From Sarea resinae (taxonomy: Eukaryota), in the NCBI GenBank assembly GCA_026026165.1, contig JAPEUD010000039.1, forward strand, positions 62,001 to 126,000: DNA of 64,000 nt, in the 5' to 3' direction. Of this stretch, positions 1 to 9,894 are shown in pieces; within the stretch, counting starts at the first letter, position 1; each line of letters begins with the position of its first letter. The translations under genes and the position numbers were made by a program. The notes beneath the pieces were generated by a model. That model saw nothing but the letters and a program-made list of their open reading frames with translations. It did no database searches and was not told the DNA's origin.

Positions 1-433
1 GATGAGAAAAGAAGAGGTCGATTGCTACAAGCCACCAAGGCAGCGGTAGAATGAATGACGAAGAATGAGGCGTCCGGGGTGACGAGAAAAGACGTGTTCG
101 ATTACTACACGCCACCAAGGCAGCGGTAGAACAAACGAGGAAGAATGAGGCGTCCGACAAGACGAGAAAAGACGTGTTCAATTGCAACACACTACTAGAG
201 CAGCGGTTGAACGAACAACGATGACGAAGGCGATGCTTGAGTGGTCGGCACAGGTGTTGAACTCGGCGTCGTCGATGACGGTGTTGATGAATGTGTTGAT
301 GAAGGGGTTGAAGAGACGGAAGAAGACGTGGATGGTGGAGACGAATTGGTAGAAGTGGTAGAAGTGGTAGAAAGAAGGAGCGTCCGACCAGACGAGAAAG
401 AAGATTCCATTGCTACACGCCACTAGAGCAGGT
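1..433. repeat. 80-bp tandem repeat (units 1-80, 81-160, partial 161-232, further partial ~364-433), probably continuing left of the window
   Basis: The unit GACGAGAAAAGACGTGTTCGATTACTACACGCCACCAAGGCAGCGGTAGAACAAACGAGGAAGAATGAGGCGTCCGACAA recurs at an 80-nt period with substitutions. A low-complexity tract (233-363) separates the last partial copy. Confidence 0.85.
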
Positions 434-756
434 ATGACTCAACTACCGCCAGTCATCACGGCTTGATTGCGCCTGCCGAGATAATTCACACCGTGAATGG
501 GTCAACGACCTTGTTGGTTAGATCACCTGGGCAAATACGTGCCGGTTGTGACGTTGCTCATCTTTCGTCCTGCCTCACTACTCTCACCGCCTTGGATCGG
601 GCTAGATTAGCCGCGTACTTCGTACTTCGTACCTGCCTCGTTTGAGCATGATTGCATCACGATGCACACTGCCTTATCAAACCCTACATCTTGATCTGGC
701 TATTGCACGGCCGTACCGTAGACAACAGTCGAACGAGGACTTCCGGTCAGACCAGC

Positions 757-2100
757 ATGGCGTCTCTCAATGTCTACATCACGACCTTCAACTGTGCGCG
801 CGAGCCGCTGCGATGCGAAGACTTTGCCTCGCATCTATTCGATGCCTTGCCATCCGAGGACATCGATGCGTTACCGGACTTGCTGGTGTTGTCGCTTCAA
901 GAGCTGGCACCCATCGCACAGTCGTTTCTCGGAGGCTCGTTCTTGACATGGTATCTGGAGAGATTTCGTTACGCTGTTGAGCTGGCCACATCTCGCTTTG
1001 GAGGAAAGAGCACGAGGTATAGTAATGTTGTCACGAGAAATGTTGGCATGACAGCCATAATGGTCTTTGCCAAAGAAGAAAAGGCCAAAGCTATCCGGTG
1101 GGTTGAGACGGCTGGCGTTGGGGTCGGCGCATGGGGGATGGGCAACAAGGGTGCGGTAGGGGTGAGGCTGGGCTACGATGCTGCTGCACGCGGGGCGAAT
1201 GCGGAGTCCGAGAGAGAAGTCATGGAGATGACTTTCGTCGCGGCGCATCTAGCTCCAATGGAAGATCAAACGGACAGGAGGAATGAAGACTGGAAGAATA
1301 TCGTCCGAGGCTTGGTATTCACACCAGTGGACAGATCGACGATATCTCCAAGAAGAGTCGGAAATGCGACAGAGGAGGAACGGCCATTGTTGTACGACGC
1401 GATCGAAAATGAAACTAGGCGGTACTCCGGGCTTTATGGCTCAACATCTCATGTCTTCCTAGCCGGCGATCTCAACTACCGCACCCAAAATCGAAAGCCT
1501 GGCCCACAAGATCACCACGCCTATCCCCAGCCGGCAGAATACAATGATGACTCTAGGCATTACTCCTACCTTTTCAAGGACGATCAACTATCGCGCGAAC
1601 TGAAAGCTCAGAAGACATGCCACGGTTTTACCGAAGCTCCCGTTGACTTTCCCCCAACCTACAAATACTCGAACAAGCAGTCCGAGTTCCGCATAGATGG
1701 AGAACCCCAGAAGTGGCAGTGGGCGAAACACCGCTGGCCCAGCTGGTGCGATCGGATTCTTTTCCTTGTTCCACCGCCTGCAGGAGGAGATATTCAAACA
1801 CACCAATACACGGCTTTACCCCTGATGCCTACGTCAGACCATCGTCCTGTTGCAATCTCACTCTCCTTGCCGCTGAAGCCTATCAAGCGCTCGGATCTCA
1901 CCTCGGACGACCCACGAGCACAGTCACCGTTCTCCATAGATCCTAACTGGAAGGAGAGGAGGGAATGGGCGAGGAGGCGAGAGATTGTTGTGGGAGCATT
2001 TGCCTACTTGGGTCTTACTTGGGAGGGCAATGGAATCTTGCTTGCTTCGGCTGTTGGTGCTTTGGGCGGCTGGCTTCTTATCAGGTCACTTCTTGATTGA
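757..2100 (+). CDS. Inositol polyphosphate 5-phosphatase (INP54-like, C-terminal hydrophobic tail)
   Basis: Intronless ORF with ATG at 757 (MASLNVYITTFN). Shows the 5-phosphatase motifs LQE, GNKGAVGVR, FVAAHLAP, GDLNYR, FPPTYKY, PSWCDRIL and SDHRPV, and a hydrophobic C-terminus. Confidence 0.92.
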   Translation: MASLNVYITTFNCAREPLRCEDFASHLFDALPSEDIDALPDLLVLSLQELAPIAQSFLGGSFLTWYLERFRYAVELATSRFGGKSTRYSNVVTRNVGMTAIMVFAKEEKAKAIRWVETAGVGVGAWGMGNKGAVGVRLGYDAAARGANAESEREVMEMTFVAAHLAPMEDQTDRRNEDWKNIVRGLVFTPVDRSTISPRRVGNATEEERPLLYDAIENETRRYSGLYGSTSHVFLAGDLNYRTQNRKPGPQDHHAYPQPAEYNDDSRHYSYLFKDDQLSRELKAQKTCHGFTEAPVDFPPTYKYSNKQSEFRIDGEPQKWQWAKHRWPSWCDRILFLVPPPAGGDIQTHQYTALPLMPTSDHRPVAISLSLPLKPIKRSDLTSDDPRAQSPFSIDPNWKERREWARRREIVVGAFAYLGLTWEGNGILLASAVGALGGWLLIRSLLD

Positions 2101-2378
2101 GGGGATGCTCTGAATTGTGATACCCATGCTAGATTTGCTGAAATGCTGCGCCATGTATCATTATTTGCCTTTTATGCATAATCATTGATGACTTTCACTG
2201 CTTGAAAGCAAAAGCAGAAAGCCAAATCGTGTGTCTTTTGAATTGATACATGTGCTGGATGGACAGCAGAGATAGAAGTGGCAGTCGTGGGCTTCTTTCA
2301 TTTCACAAGTTTTTCTATAGTCGGGCCGAGAAGCAGAATCGCGCGCGCTCGTCGAAATGGTTGGGGACAGTTTTGTTT

Positions 2379-2609
2379 TGAGACGTTTTGTTACGTTTTG
2401 CTTTGAGACGTTCGACGATTTTTGACGGAAACTTCAAAGAGGCCGAGCTACTTCTTTACCCTCGGCACACTCCCAGCAAGATTAATGGCATGTGTCGAGG
2501 CCTTTGACGTTGGATTTTTTTGAGACGTTCGACGATTTTTGACAGAAACCCCGTGGAAGATATTGTTGATTGGGGATGAACGTTTGAGACGTTCGATTTA
2601 TACAAAAAC
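2379..2609 (+). repeat. Cluster 1 of the dispersed ~29-bp TGAGACGTTCGACG motif (copies at 2404, 2521, 2585; partial at 2379)
   Basis: 2404 TGAGACGTTCGACGATTTTTGACGGAAAC; 2521 TGAGACGTTCGACGATTTTTGACAGAAAC; 2585 TGAGACGTTCGATTTATACAAAAAC. Confidence 0.9.
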
Positions 2610-2772
2610 TCATTGGGGCTGCTTAGCGAGTCTAGCGTTGCGTCCCTGTCGGACCGCGTCTAGATAGCAGATAAGCTCCAGAATCCCCACAATCTCAATC
2701 TCACTCTACCCCACAATATCACTCCTCTCATCTACATTCCTCTTTTTGCCATCATCTCGTCCTGTTAAAGCC

Positions 2773-3627
2773 ATGGCATCCTTATTTACAGTACCAATCT
2801 CCACTGGCGGTCGCATTACTTGCACGACTCCAGTTCCTCGAGTCTATCTCCTCACCTTCAACTCCCAACCTGACAATCGGCTGAAATCAGACTTTTGCAA
2901 CGCTTTTTACCTCGCGCTAGACATCATAGAACATAAACACCCGAAAGGCGTTGTTGTAACCACGTCCGGCATACAAAAGTTCTATTCCAACGGCCTAGAT
3001 CTGGATCATGCCAATGCGACACCTGGATTCTGGAAGGATGTTCTGTTCCGTCTCTGGCACAGGATCTTGACGTGAGTGATAGAGACTACTGAATCTCAGT
3101 ATTAAACATTATATGCCAGATACCCAATGCCAACCGTCGCGTTGATAAATGGCCATGCTTTCGCCGGGGGCTTCATGCTCGCGATGATGCACGACTACCG
3201 CATCCAGAACCCACATCGAGGCTATCTCTGTCTCAACGAGCTAGCTCTTGGTGTTCCGCTTAAAGCTCCGATGTCATCCATATTTCGGCAGAAAGTGCCC
3301 TCGCCCCAGACGTATCGGACGCTTGTGCTCGAAGCCAAGCGATTCACAGCACTAGAGGCACTCAAAGAGGGCATCGTGGACAGCCTCGGCGGTCTCGACG
3401 AGGTGCTCACTTTCATCGACGAGATGAAGCTGGTAAACATGGGGGGTACGGGCGTGTACGGGAAGCTCAAGGCCGAGATGTGGAGGGAGACTGTGCAATA
3501 TCTCCGAGACCCCGATGAGCAGGAACGGAAGTGGGATGAGATGCTTTTACGGGACGAAACGCGGAAGGGGGAGAGTCTGAAGAGAGTGGCCGAATGGGAG
3601 AAGGGCGAGGCGAAAGCGAAATTGTGA
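2773..3627 (+). CDS. Enoyl-CoA hydratase/isomerase (crotonase) family protein, Delta3,Delta2-enoyl-CoA isomerase-like; C-terminal AKL suggests peroxisomal PTS1
   Basis: Exons 2773-3071 and 3120-3627 (GTGAGT...CAG intron, frame preserved). Motifs KFYSNGLDL and YPMPTVALINGHAFAGGFMLAMMHDYR. The protein ends in -AKL. Confidence 0.9.
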
Positions 3628-4004
3628 ATCATTGAGCAAGGCATTGCATTGGAGTTCCGGGGTTTTTCCTGCTCCTTGGAGAGCTATCTCAGGATCGTGA
3701 TGTACAGAATAGAATCACAGGACCAAATTGCAAAGACGAAGGGATGCTCATCTTACTGTCTGTCATGCGAAAGCCAACGTAACCGCCATACTTGCAGGTA
3801 ACGAGAGGCCAAATAAAGCATCGCCAGTGGCACATGCAGAAGGGAATTCTCGAGATATAATGATTGGCAGGCCAATAAGCGATACCTTTCACGATCACTA
3901 TAGAGCTATTCCCTGTTCCCGCTGTTTACATATTATGAGAGGAGTGATGATGGTGGAGCTGTGATATAATTGACTGTCTATTGTGCCCTCATCGCTATTT
4001 CATC

Positions 4005-4376
4005 TGAGACGTTCGACGGAAATTGTCAAAAAGTACACCTTCAGGATACATGGCAACCTTGAGAGGCTCAACGGTCCTTGGTCAAAATTGGAAACTACCG
4101 AGCGTCTCAATGTCAAGAAGGCGCGCTCCAGGCATGTCTAGCATGAGACGTTTAACGATTCTGGGACAAAACTCGCCGTGTGCGCGCCTGCAAAACTGAG
4201 ACGTTCGACGAATTTTGACGGTAAACAAACTGCTTCATCACGTGCGACCATCGATCTCTTTCTTCCCTTTTTGTCTCAGATCCGGACAAGGCGTGCATCA
4301 ATCTGAAAAGCATCCATGGACCAATTGTTTGAAGATTAAAATGAGGTAGAGACGTTCGACGATGAATGCCGAATTG
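4005..4376 (+). repeat. Cluster 2 of the dispersed ~29-bp motif (copies at 4005, 4144, 4197, 4348; degenerate at 4060; weak inverted copy ending 4109)
   Basis: 4005 TGAGACGTTCGACGGAAATTGTCAAAAAG; 4144 TGAGACGTTTAACGATTCTGGGACAAAAC; 4197 TGAGACGTTCGACGAATTTTGACGGTAAAC; 4348 AGAGACGTTCGACGATGAATG. Confidence 0.9.
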
Positions 4377-4791
4377 AAGTTGAGATGACGTCTCGTATCG
4401 GTATCTCCACCTCTCTGCTTTATCTGATCGGCGCCTTTTGATTCGCTACGAGCCTGCGCCCTAAGCTCCCTGAGCTCCCCGAATAAACGGCAAACCCCAA
4501 ATCACAACCGTCTACGACGACGAGCCGGTGTTATTGTTCATGCCATATTCACGCTCAATCCCTTCTGTGGATGTATAATACCACTTGGCCTCGTCTAGTC
4601 GTCTAATCTCACCCCTCGATCCTTCCTTTTCTGCATCTTCCCTAAGCGTCTTATCGATTACCCGGTTGGATAGGGCCTGAGCTGAAAAGAAGCAGGCGTC
4701 TGCTTCGTGCGACCATATCGACAACTATTTACCTATGCACGCCGTCCTCATCAGCCCTTGAATCCGCAGAGATTTCATCACTGGTCTCAGT

Positions 4792-6914
4792 ATGACTACT
4801 CTCACTGCAGAAACGGCTCGGCTCCCAGAACATTGTGCTCACAAACTTCCGACATCATGTCGACTCACGGCAACGCCTCTCTGCTGTGCCTGTGCCGATC
4901 AGCGATCGCATTCGGCTTCATATCCGACATACATTGACGGAGTGGGCTTTGTCTTGAGTGGCACGAGATGGCAGAGATACTGTTGGATGTGTAAACGTAC
5001 GCTGGCCATGGTTGACGTGATGACAGCCCAAGCTGATGAATGCTACAGAATTCTGGGAGGCTAGGGTCGCGGCCTGTGATCCTCCTCTTCGACCTGCGCA
5101 GACACGTATACCCGACCATCCCGATCAATCAGAGTTTCTCGAACGATGGTATGATTATCATCGTGGCTATCGAATCGTCGTTCATGACGATGGCTCCGAG
5201 ACTAGGGTTCCAATGCTCGGAGAGCCCTTGAAAGATACTACACCAGGACAGCTACCGAGAGATTTAGATGAAATGCGGAGGAGCAGGCACACAGAAGAGG
5301 AAGCTATACCGCTGACCCTCGATTCCGATCCCAACAGAGGGACCGAAGAAGGTCAGACTGGCGTTATTCGATCTAGTGAGCCTGAGCCTGAGCCCGAGAC
5401 GGTAAATCCAGAGAGACCGCGGGACGAAATATCTGCGCTCCTCAATTATAGAAGCCCCGTTTCGAACACGATTTTGGCGGACCAGACAATGCGGACAGAG
5501 TATCAAGCTCGCCGAGTGGCTACCTTACGGAGAGAACTGCAGCGCATGAGGGGAGGCATTGAGCGTGTAATGACCGGCCTTCGTGAGCTCGGAGAGGAAA
5601 TCCCAGAAACTGGTAATCTCATCAGACTTCCATGGCCTCAGAATGATCGTGCTCGACTCGGACGAAGCGGCACAGGACAGGATGCTCTGAACAGACTTGA
5701 GTTGCCATATCGAGCATTTCGCGGAACTCCTGAGCATGACTCGGAGTCCAACCCCAACAGCATTATGGCTGCCATACAACAGCGTCTGAGCGAAGCCGTG
5801 GCGAATCTCGACCGATGCCGCAGAGACAGAGAACGAGCCGCCGATGAACTGGAAGCCTCGGAGGGCCACGTCCAGGCCGCTAGGGAACGAGTCCGGCGAA
5901 TCGAACGTGAGAGGCGCACTGCCGAGAATTACTCGCAGGTCTTTGGCACCAGAGAAGAAATCGAGCGGCAAGGCGCTGACTACGAGAGTCCAATCGGAGG
6001 AATGTTCAACCGAGCATGGGGCAGGTATAGAGAGCGAGAAGAAGCCAGGCGAAGAGAGCAGATTCTGCGAGACGTCTTGGCCGCAGAAGAGCGGATCATG
6101 GAGGATACCAACCACGAATTTGACGGGACGGAGATTCGCCAGCCTCCTGAGCGTGGAGCACTTCTGGATAGGGAAGAACAGGCATTGACGGAATACTACG
6201 CCGGTCTGAGGGATCAGGGCTGGGCTCAATCTTCAGATCGTCAATCAGATCGACTCCCTCGACCAACGCTGCCAGAACGGCCGGGCGACGACGGCAGCGG
6301 CAACGACAATTCAACATCGGATGCCGACATCGATGAAGCCAACCGCTCCATGCAACTTGAAGTACCCTTGGAAACGCCCATGCACGACTCAATGACGCCG
6401 CCGCCGCCGCCAATCGGCTCCGGCCTAGGACCCGACTCCACCCGCCTGAACCGGATCCGCGTTCAAGGCCAACGAATGTCACGTCTGATTTCGATGCTTC
6501 AAAACACTCCTCGCGCCCTCGCCCTCAACGATCAAGACCCTTCCTCTTCATCTTTTCGCGAGCCGCCTAGCGCGGCGGATATGGACGTCCCAGGTCGTGG
6601 TCTCGACAATGCTGACGACGACCGCCCTCCCCCGAAAGACGATGCCGAGATGAATGTCAGTCTCGAGTGTAAGGTTTGCTATACCCAGATGGCAGATACG
6701 GCGGTATTACCGTGTGGACATCTGGTCATGTGTCGTTGGTGTGCGGAGGTGCATGTTGGGCCTACTCTTTCACATGATCGGACGCGGCCTAGGGGGGCGG
6801 CAAATTGTCCTGTCTGTAGGCGGAGGGTCAAGCAGAAGGTATGATCTGTGCTTTCAGGGCCGAAGCACTTTGCTGATCTCTTTGACGACATAGGTCCGCA
6901 TTTACCGCGGATGA
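4792..6914 (+). CDS. C3HC4 RING finger protein (putative E3 ligase) with N-terminal Cys/His cluster and central coiled coil
   Basis: Exons 4792-4996, 5049-6838 and 6894-6914 are joined by GT-AG introns in consistent phase. C-terminal RING reads CKVC...LPCGHLVMCRWC...CPVCR, ending VRIYRG*. Confidence 0.85.
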
Positions 6915-7433
6915 GCTAGTCTCGTTGGTAGAGTGACATGGATGTGTGTGGTGCTGAGTCGGATTCACGGCGATGGACTTTTGCTCCCTTTGGTCATCAT
7001 TATCCAACCCTTCCTCTCCATCTGCCATTACGTCTGCCTCTTTTTTTACCCCGCCACGATATCAGCATCTAGTTCGGCCGACTTCCCTTGCGTCTCCTCA
7101 TCTTTCACGTCTTCCAACCTTTGTGTCTGCGTCTACGTCAATTGTCCACCATCCATCATCGGTCGCACGCCTTATCGACATTTCTGCTATTTCCAACCGG
7201 CTAATCCTATTCCGTACTCTTCACACCGATCAATGATACCGGACCTGTTTACCTGCCTACGAACTTGCCTAGGTCGTACCTACCTATCCTATCACCTTGA
7301 CTTCTCTTTTCGTTTCTCTTTCTTTTCCTTCTATACCCTCTCCCTTCTTTCTCTTCATTCACTACTACCCAGATTCCTGTAGTAGAAATTGGCATTGTAC
7401 AAGCATCGTACATGCGTCGTTGTCGCAACCTGA

Positions 7434-8022
7434 ATCCAATGGAAAAGAAACTTTGTACAGGAAAAGGTCACACAGCGCCAAGATTGGGCACAGCTCTTGC
7501 TCGTTTTACCAAGGTTTGCTCGTCCAGTATAATGTCACGGCGGGCAGGATCGAACCTGCTCTTTCGGATCGGCCGATGGCCTGTAGGAGCCCTTCCAGAG
7601 CAGCGCATATGCACAGACAATTGCGAAAGGATTGCTTGAAACAGATTGTGGTGTATTTGTAAGCATCGTGAAGTTTTCTGACGGAATGATGCTGCTGACC
7701 AGTGACGATTTCTGTCGCCTACTGCGTAGGCCAGTGACGGTTCGTTCTTACCCGCCGCTAAGGCTAATCGCCAAATTCCCGTCTCTTAGCGAACATTTGA
7801 CGATTTCTACCAAGAACATGTGGAAAGCGCTCGTTGCCATGCTATTTCATCCGTCTTGCATGAAGATCAAATGGGGTACCCAGTGGCGTTGATCTTGCTC
7901 CTCTGAACCGGTTGAATCTATTCCAGCCACATCCACCCTATATTCAACCGTTCCATGCGTCCTGTACATCGAGGAGCTGCATGCCTTCAATTACCTTACC
8001 CGACTCGCGGTGTCATCGGGTA
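7434..8022 (+). pseudogene. Possible small intron-rich gene or pseudogene, product unknown
   Basis: Consecutive intron-like segments 7514-7586, 7658-7729 and 7740-7789 (donors GTTTGC/GTAAGC/GTTCGT, TAG acceptors, branch GCTGAC/GCTAAT in the last two). Splicing them gives an open frame WKRNFVQEKVTQRQDWAQLLLVLPRSP...IVVYLPVTRTFDDFYQEHVESARC. No clear start codon and no recognised domain. Confidence 0.3.
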
Positions 8023-8223
8023 AAAGTTGTTCCGTAGCACACGGTCGCGGGTGGGACTTCTTATTTCATCATCGCAACTCCCGCAAATCACCAAAATAAT
8101 CCCACACATCGGGACATCACGCCCCAGAACCCACAACATTCTATTCGTTCCCGCTCGATCCCTGTACTATAGAGCTCAAATTATTCTCGAATCGTCAGCC
8201 GTTATGTCCAGATCTCCAGCGCA

Positions 8224-9411
8224 ATGGCCTCTCAATTCATCCCCCGCGCCGTCTTTCCCACGCTCGACTCTCTTCCGCGATCCTACTTTCTCGGCCACCA
8301 CCGCTCGGGCCTCACCAAGATGAAATCGATGCTTTCGTCCATTGATCTCCTCCTCGAATGCCGGGATTACCGTGTGCCCATAACATCCACGAATCCACTC
8401 TTTGAAGCGACGCTGGCGGGCAGAGAGAGAGTGATTGTGTATACTAAAAAGGATCTGGGAAGTGAGGAACGGGAAGAAGATCGAAGGGTGAGTAACCTCT
8501 TGTTAAGGCTGAGCAATAGAGCCACCAGACTATCCCCCGCCCAAGCGCACACTCCGTCTAATTTGGCTTGCAAAGTCACTAATATCCACTCGTCGATTCA
8601 GCGCGAAGAAATGATCCGACACTTCCACCACCCCTCGCCCGTCCTCTTCTCCTCCCACAAAGACAAAGCCTCGGTCCGCAAGATCCTCACCCTCGCCAAA
8701 TCCCGCGCCGCCGCAAACCCTTCTCTAACGGGACATCGGATGATGATCGTCGGCATGCCCAACGTCGGCAAATCCTCGATGCTGAATGCCCTGCGTCTCG
8801 TCGGCGTCGGCAAAGGCAAAGCAGCCATCACCGGGGGCCAACCGGGCGTCACGAGAAAGATCGGCACTAGCGTCAAGATCGTTGATGGCAGCCAGACCGA
8901 GAACACGGGGAGAGAAGGGGCGGAGGCCGTGGGCGAGAGCACGGACATCTACCTGGTCGATACCCCAGGCGTCTTCATCCCCTTTGTGCCCGACCCGGCC
9001 TCGATGCTCAAACTCGCCCTCTGCGGCTCTGTGAAAGATACTATCATCCCTCCTACCACACTGGCGGATTACCTCCTCTTCCAGCTGAACCTGCACGACC
9101 CCCTCCTGTACGCCAAATTCTCCCCGCCCACCAACGACATCACCGTCCTCTTGACCGCCATCGCCCAACACACGGGCCGTCTAGGCAGGGGCGGCACCCC
9201 CGACCTCGAGGGCGCAGCGCTGTGGATGATCCAGAGATGGCGTGGCGGATCCATGGGTCGGTTCGTCCTCGACGACGTCAGCAAGGGCGCCTGGGAGGAG
9301 AGGAGGCGCATGGCCGAGAAGTTGGGCGGGAGCATGAACTCGGCCCGCCGAGCAGACAAGGACGCAAGAAGGGAGCGGGGTCGAATCAGACGGGCGGGTG
9401 TGGCGCAGTGA
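8224..9411 (+). CDS. MTG1: Mitochondrial ribosome-assembly GTPase (RbgA/YlqF family)
   Basis: YFLGHH N-terminus, ECRDYRVP, circularly permuted G motifs TKKDL / GMPNVGKSS / PGVT / DTPG. One intron at 8488-8601. Confidence 0.93.
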   Translation: MASQFIPRAVFPTLDSLPRSYFLGHHRSGLTKMKSMLSSIDLLLECRDYRVPITSTNPLFEATLAGRERVIVYTKKDLGSEEREEDRRVSNLLLRLSNRATRLSPAQAHTPSNLACKVTNIHSSIQREEMIRHFHHPSPVLFSSHKDKASVRKILTLAKSRAAANPSLTGHRMMIVGMPNVGKSSMLNALRLVGVGKGKAAITGGQPGVTRKIGTSVKIVDGSQTENTGREGAEAVGESTDIYLVDTPGVFIPFVPDPASMLKLALCGSVKDTIIPPTTLADYLLFQLNLHDPLLYAKFSPPTNDITVLLTAIAQHTGRLGRGGTPDLEGAALWMIQRWRGGSMGRFVLDDVSKGAWEERRRMAEKLGGSMNSARRADKDARRERGRIRRAGVAQ

Positions 9412-9894
9412 TTGATTGTCCTTGTATAGTAGAGTCTGAGACTTGCTTTCTTTCTGTACGGATACCTGTAGATTTGGTTGAGAGGCGTTGTCGATGCTGT
9501 TTCCTCTTTGGGTTTCCGGCTTTTCATCGCATTGCATTGCATCGCATTGGGTCGGCGATAGAGGTCACTTATCAGGATGGTAGCCCTCCTTTTTTCCACT
9601 CTGTACTTGGATTCTACTGTAAATAGGTTCTGATAGACGAATCTGATTTTGAACACCGCAATCCGAACCAAATCACAATTTGGCATCATGAAAGTTTAAC
9701 AGGGCCTCAGTAGATGTGTATACAGATGAGATATATTGCCATGCTTCTATGATTATGAACTGTTCGGCCTTTTTCTGCTCCATCTATATATTACATATAC
9801 ACATGCCATTTCTATTGACCGATGCCAATCGCCAATCAAAAAGACACCAAAAAATCCCATCACACTCCTCCCGAGTCCATACATGAACAGAATA

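Noticed and set aside
195..426. Short ORFs 195-410 (-) and 241-426 (+) as genes
   Set aside because: Low-complexity frames embedded in the 80-bp repeat, with no signal peptide or domain.
652..756. N-terminal extension of the 5-phosphatase ORF
   Set aside because: It starts at a non-ATG codon. The first ATG at 757 coincides with the domain start.
2404..2432. tRNA or Pol III B-box reading of GTTCGA in the motif
   Set aside because: It lacks the terminal C of GTTCRANNC, and there is no A-box, cloverleaf or T-stem pairing. A TFIIIC link cannot be fully excluded but is unsupported.
2379..4376. CRISPR array interpretation of the ~29-bp repeats
   Set aside because: Eukaryotic intron-containing context, irregular spacing (25-151 bp start to start), degenerate 3' halves and no cas genes.
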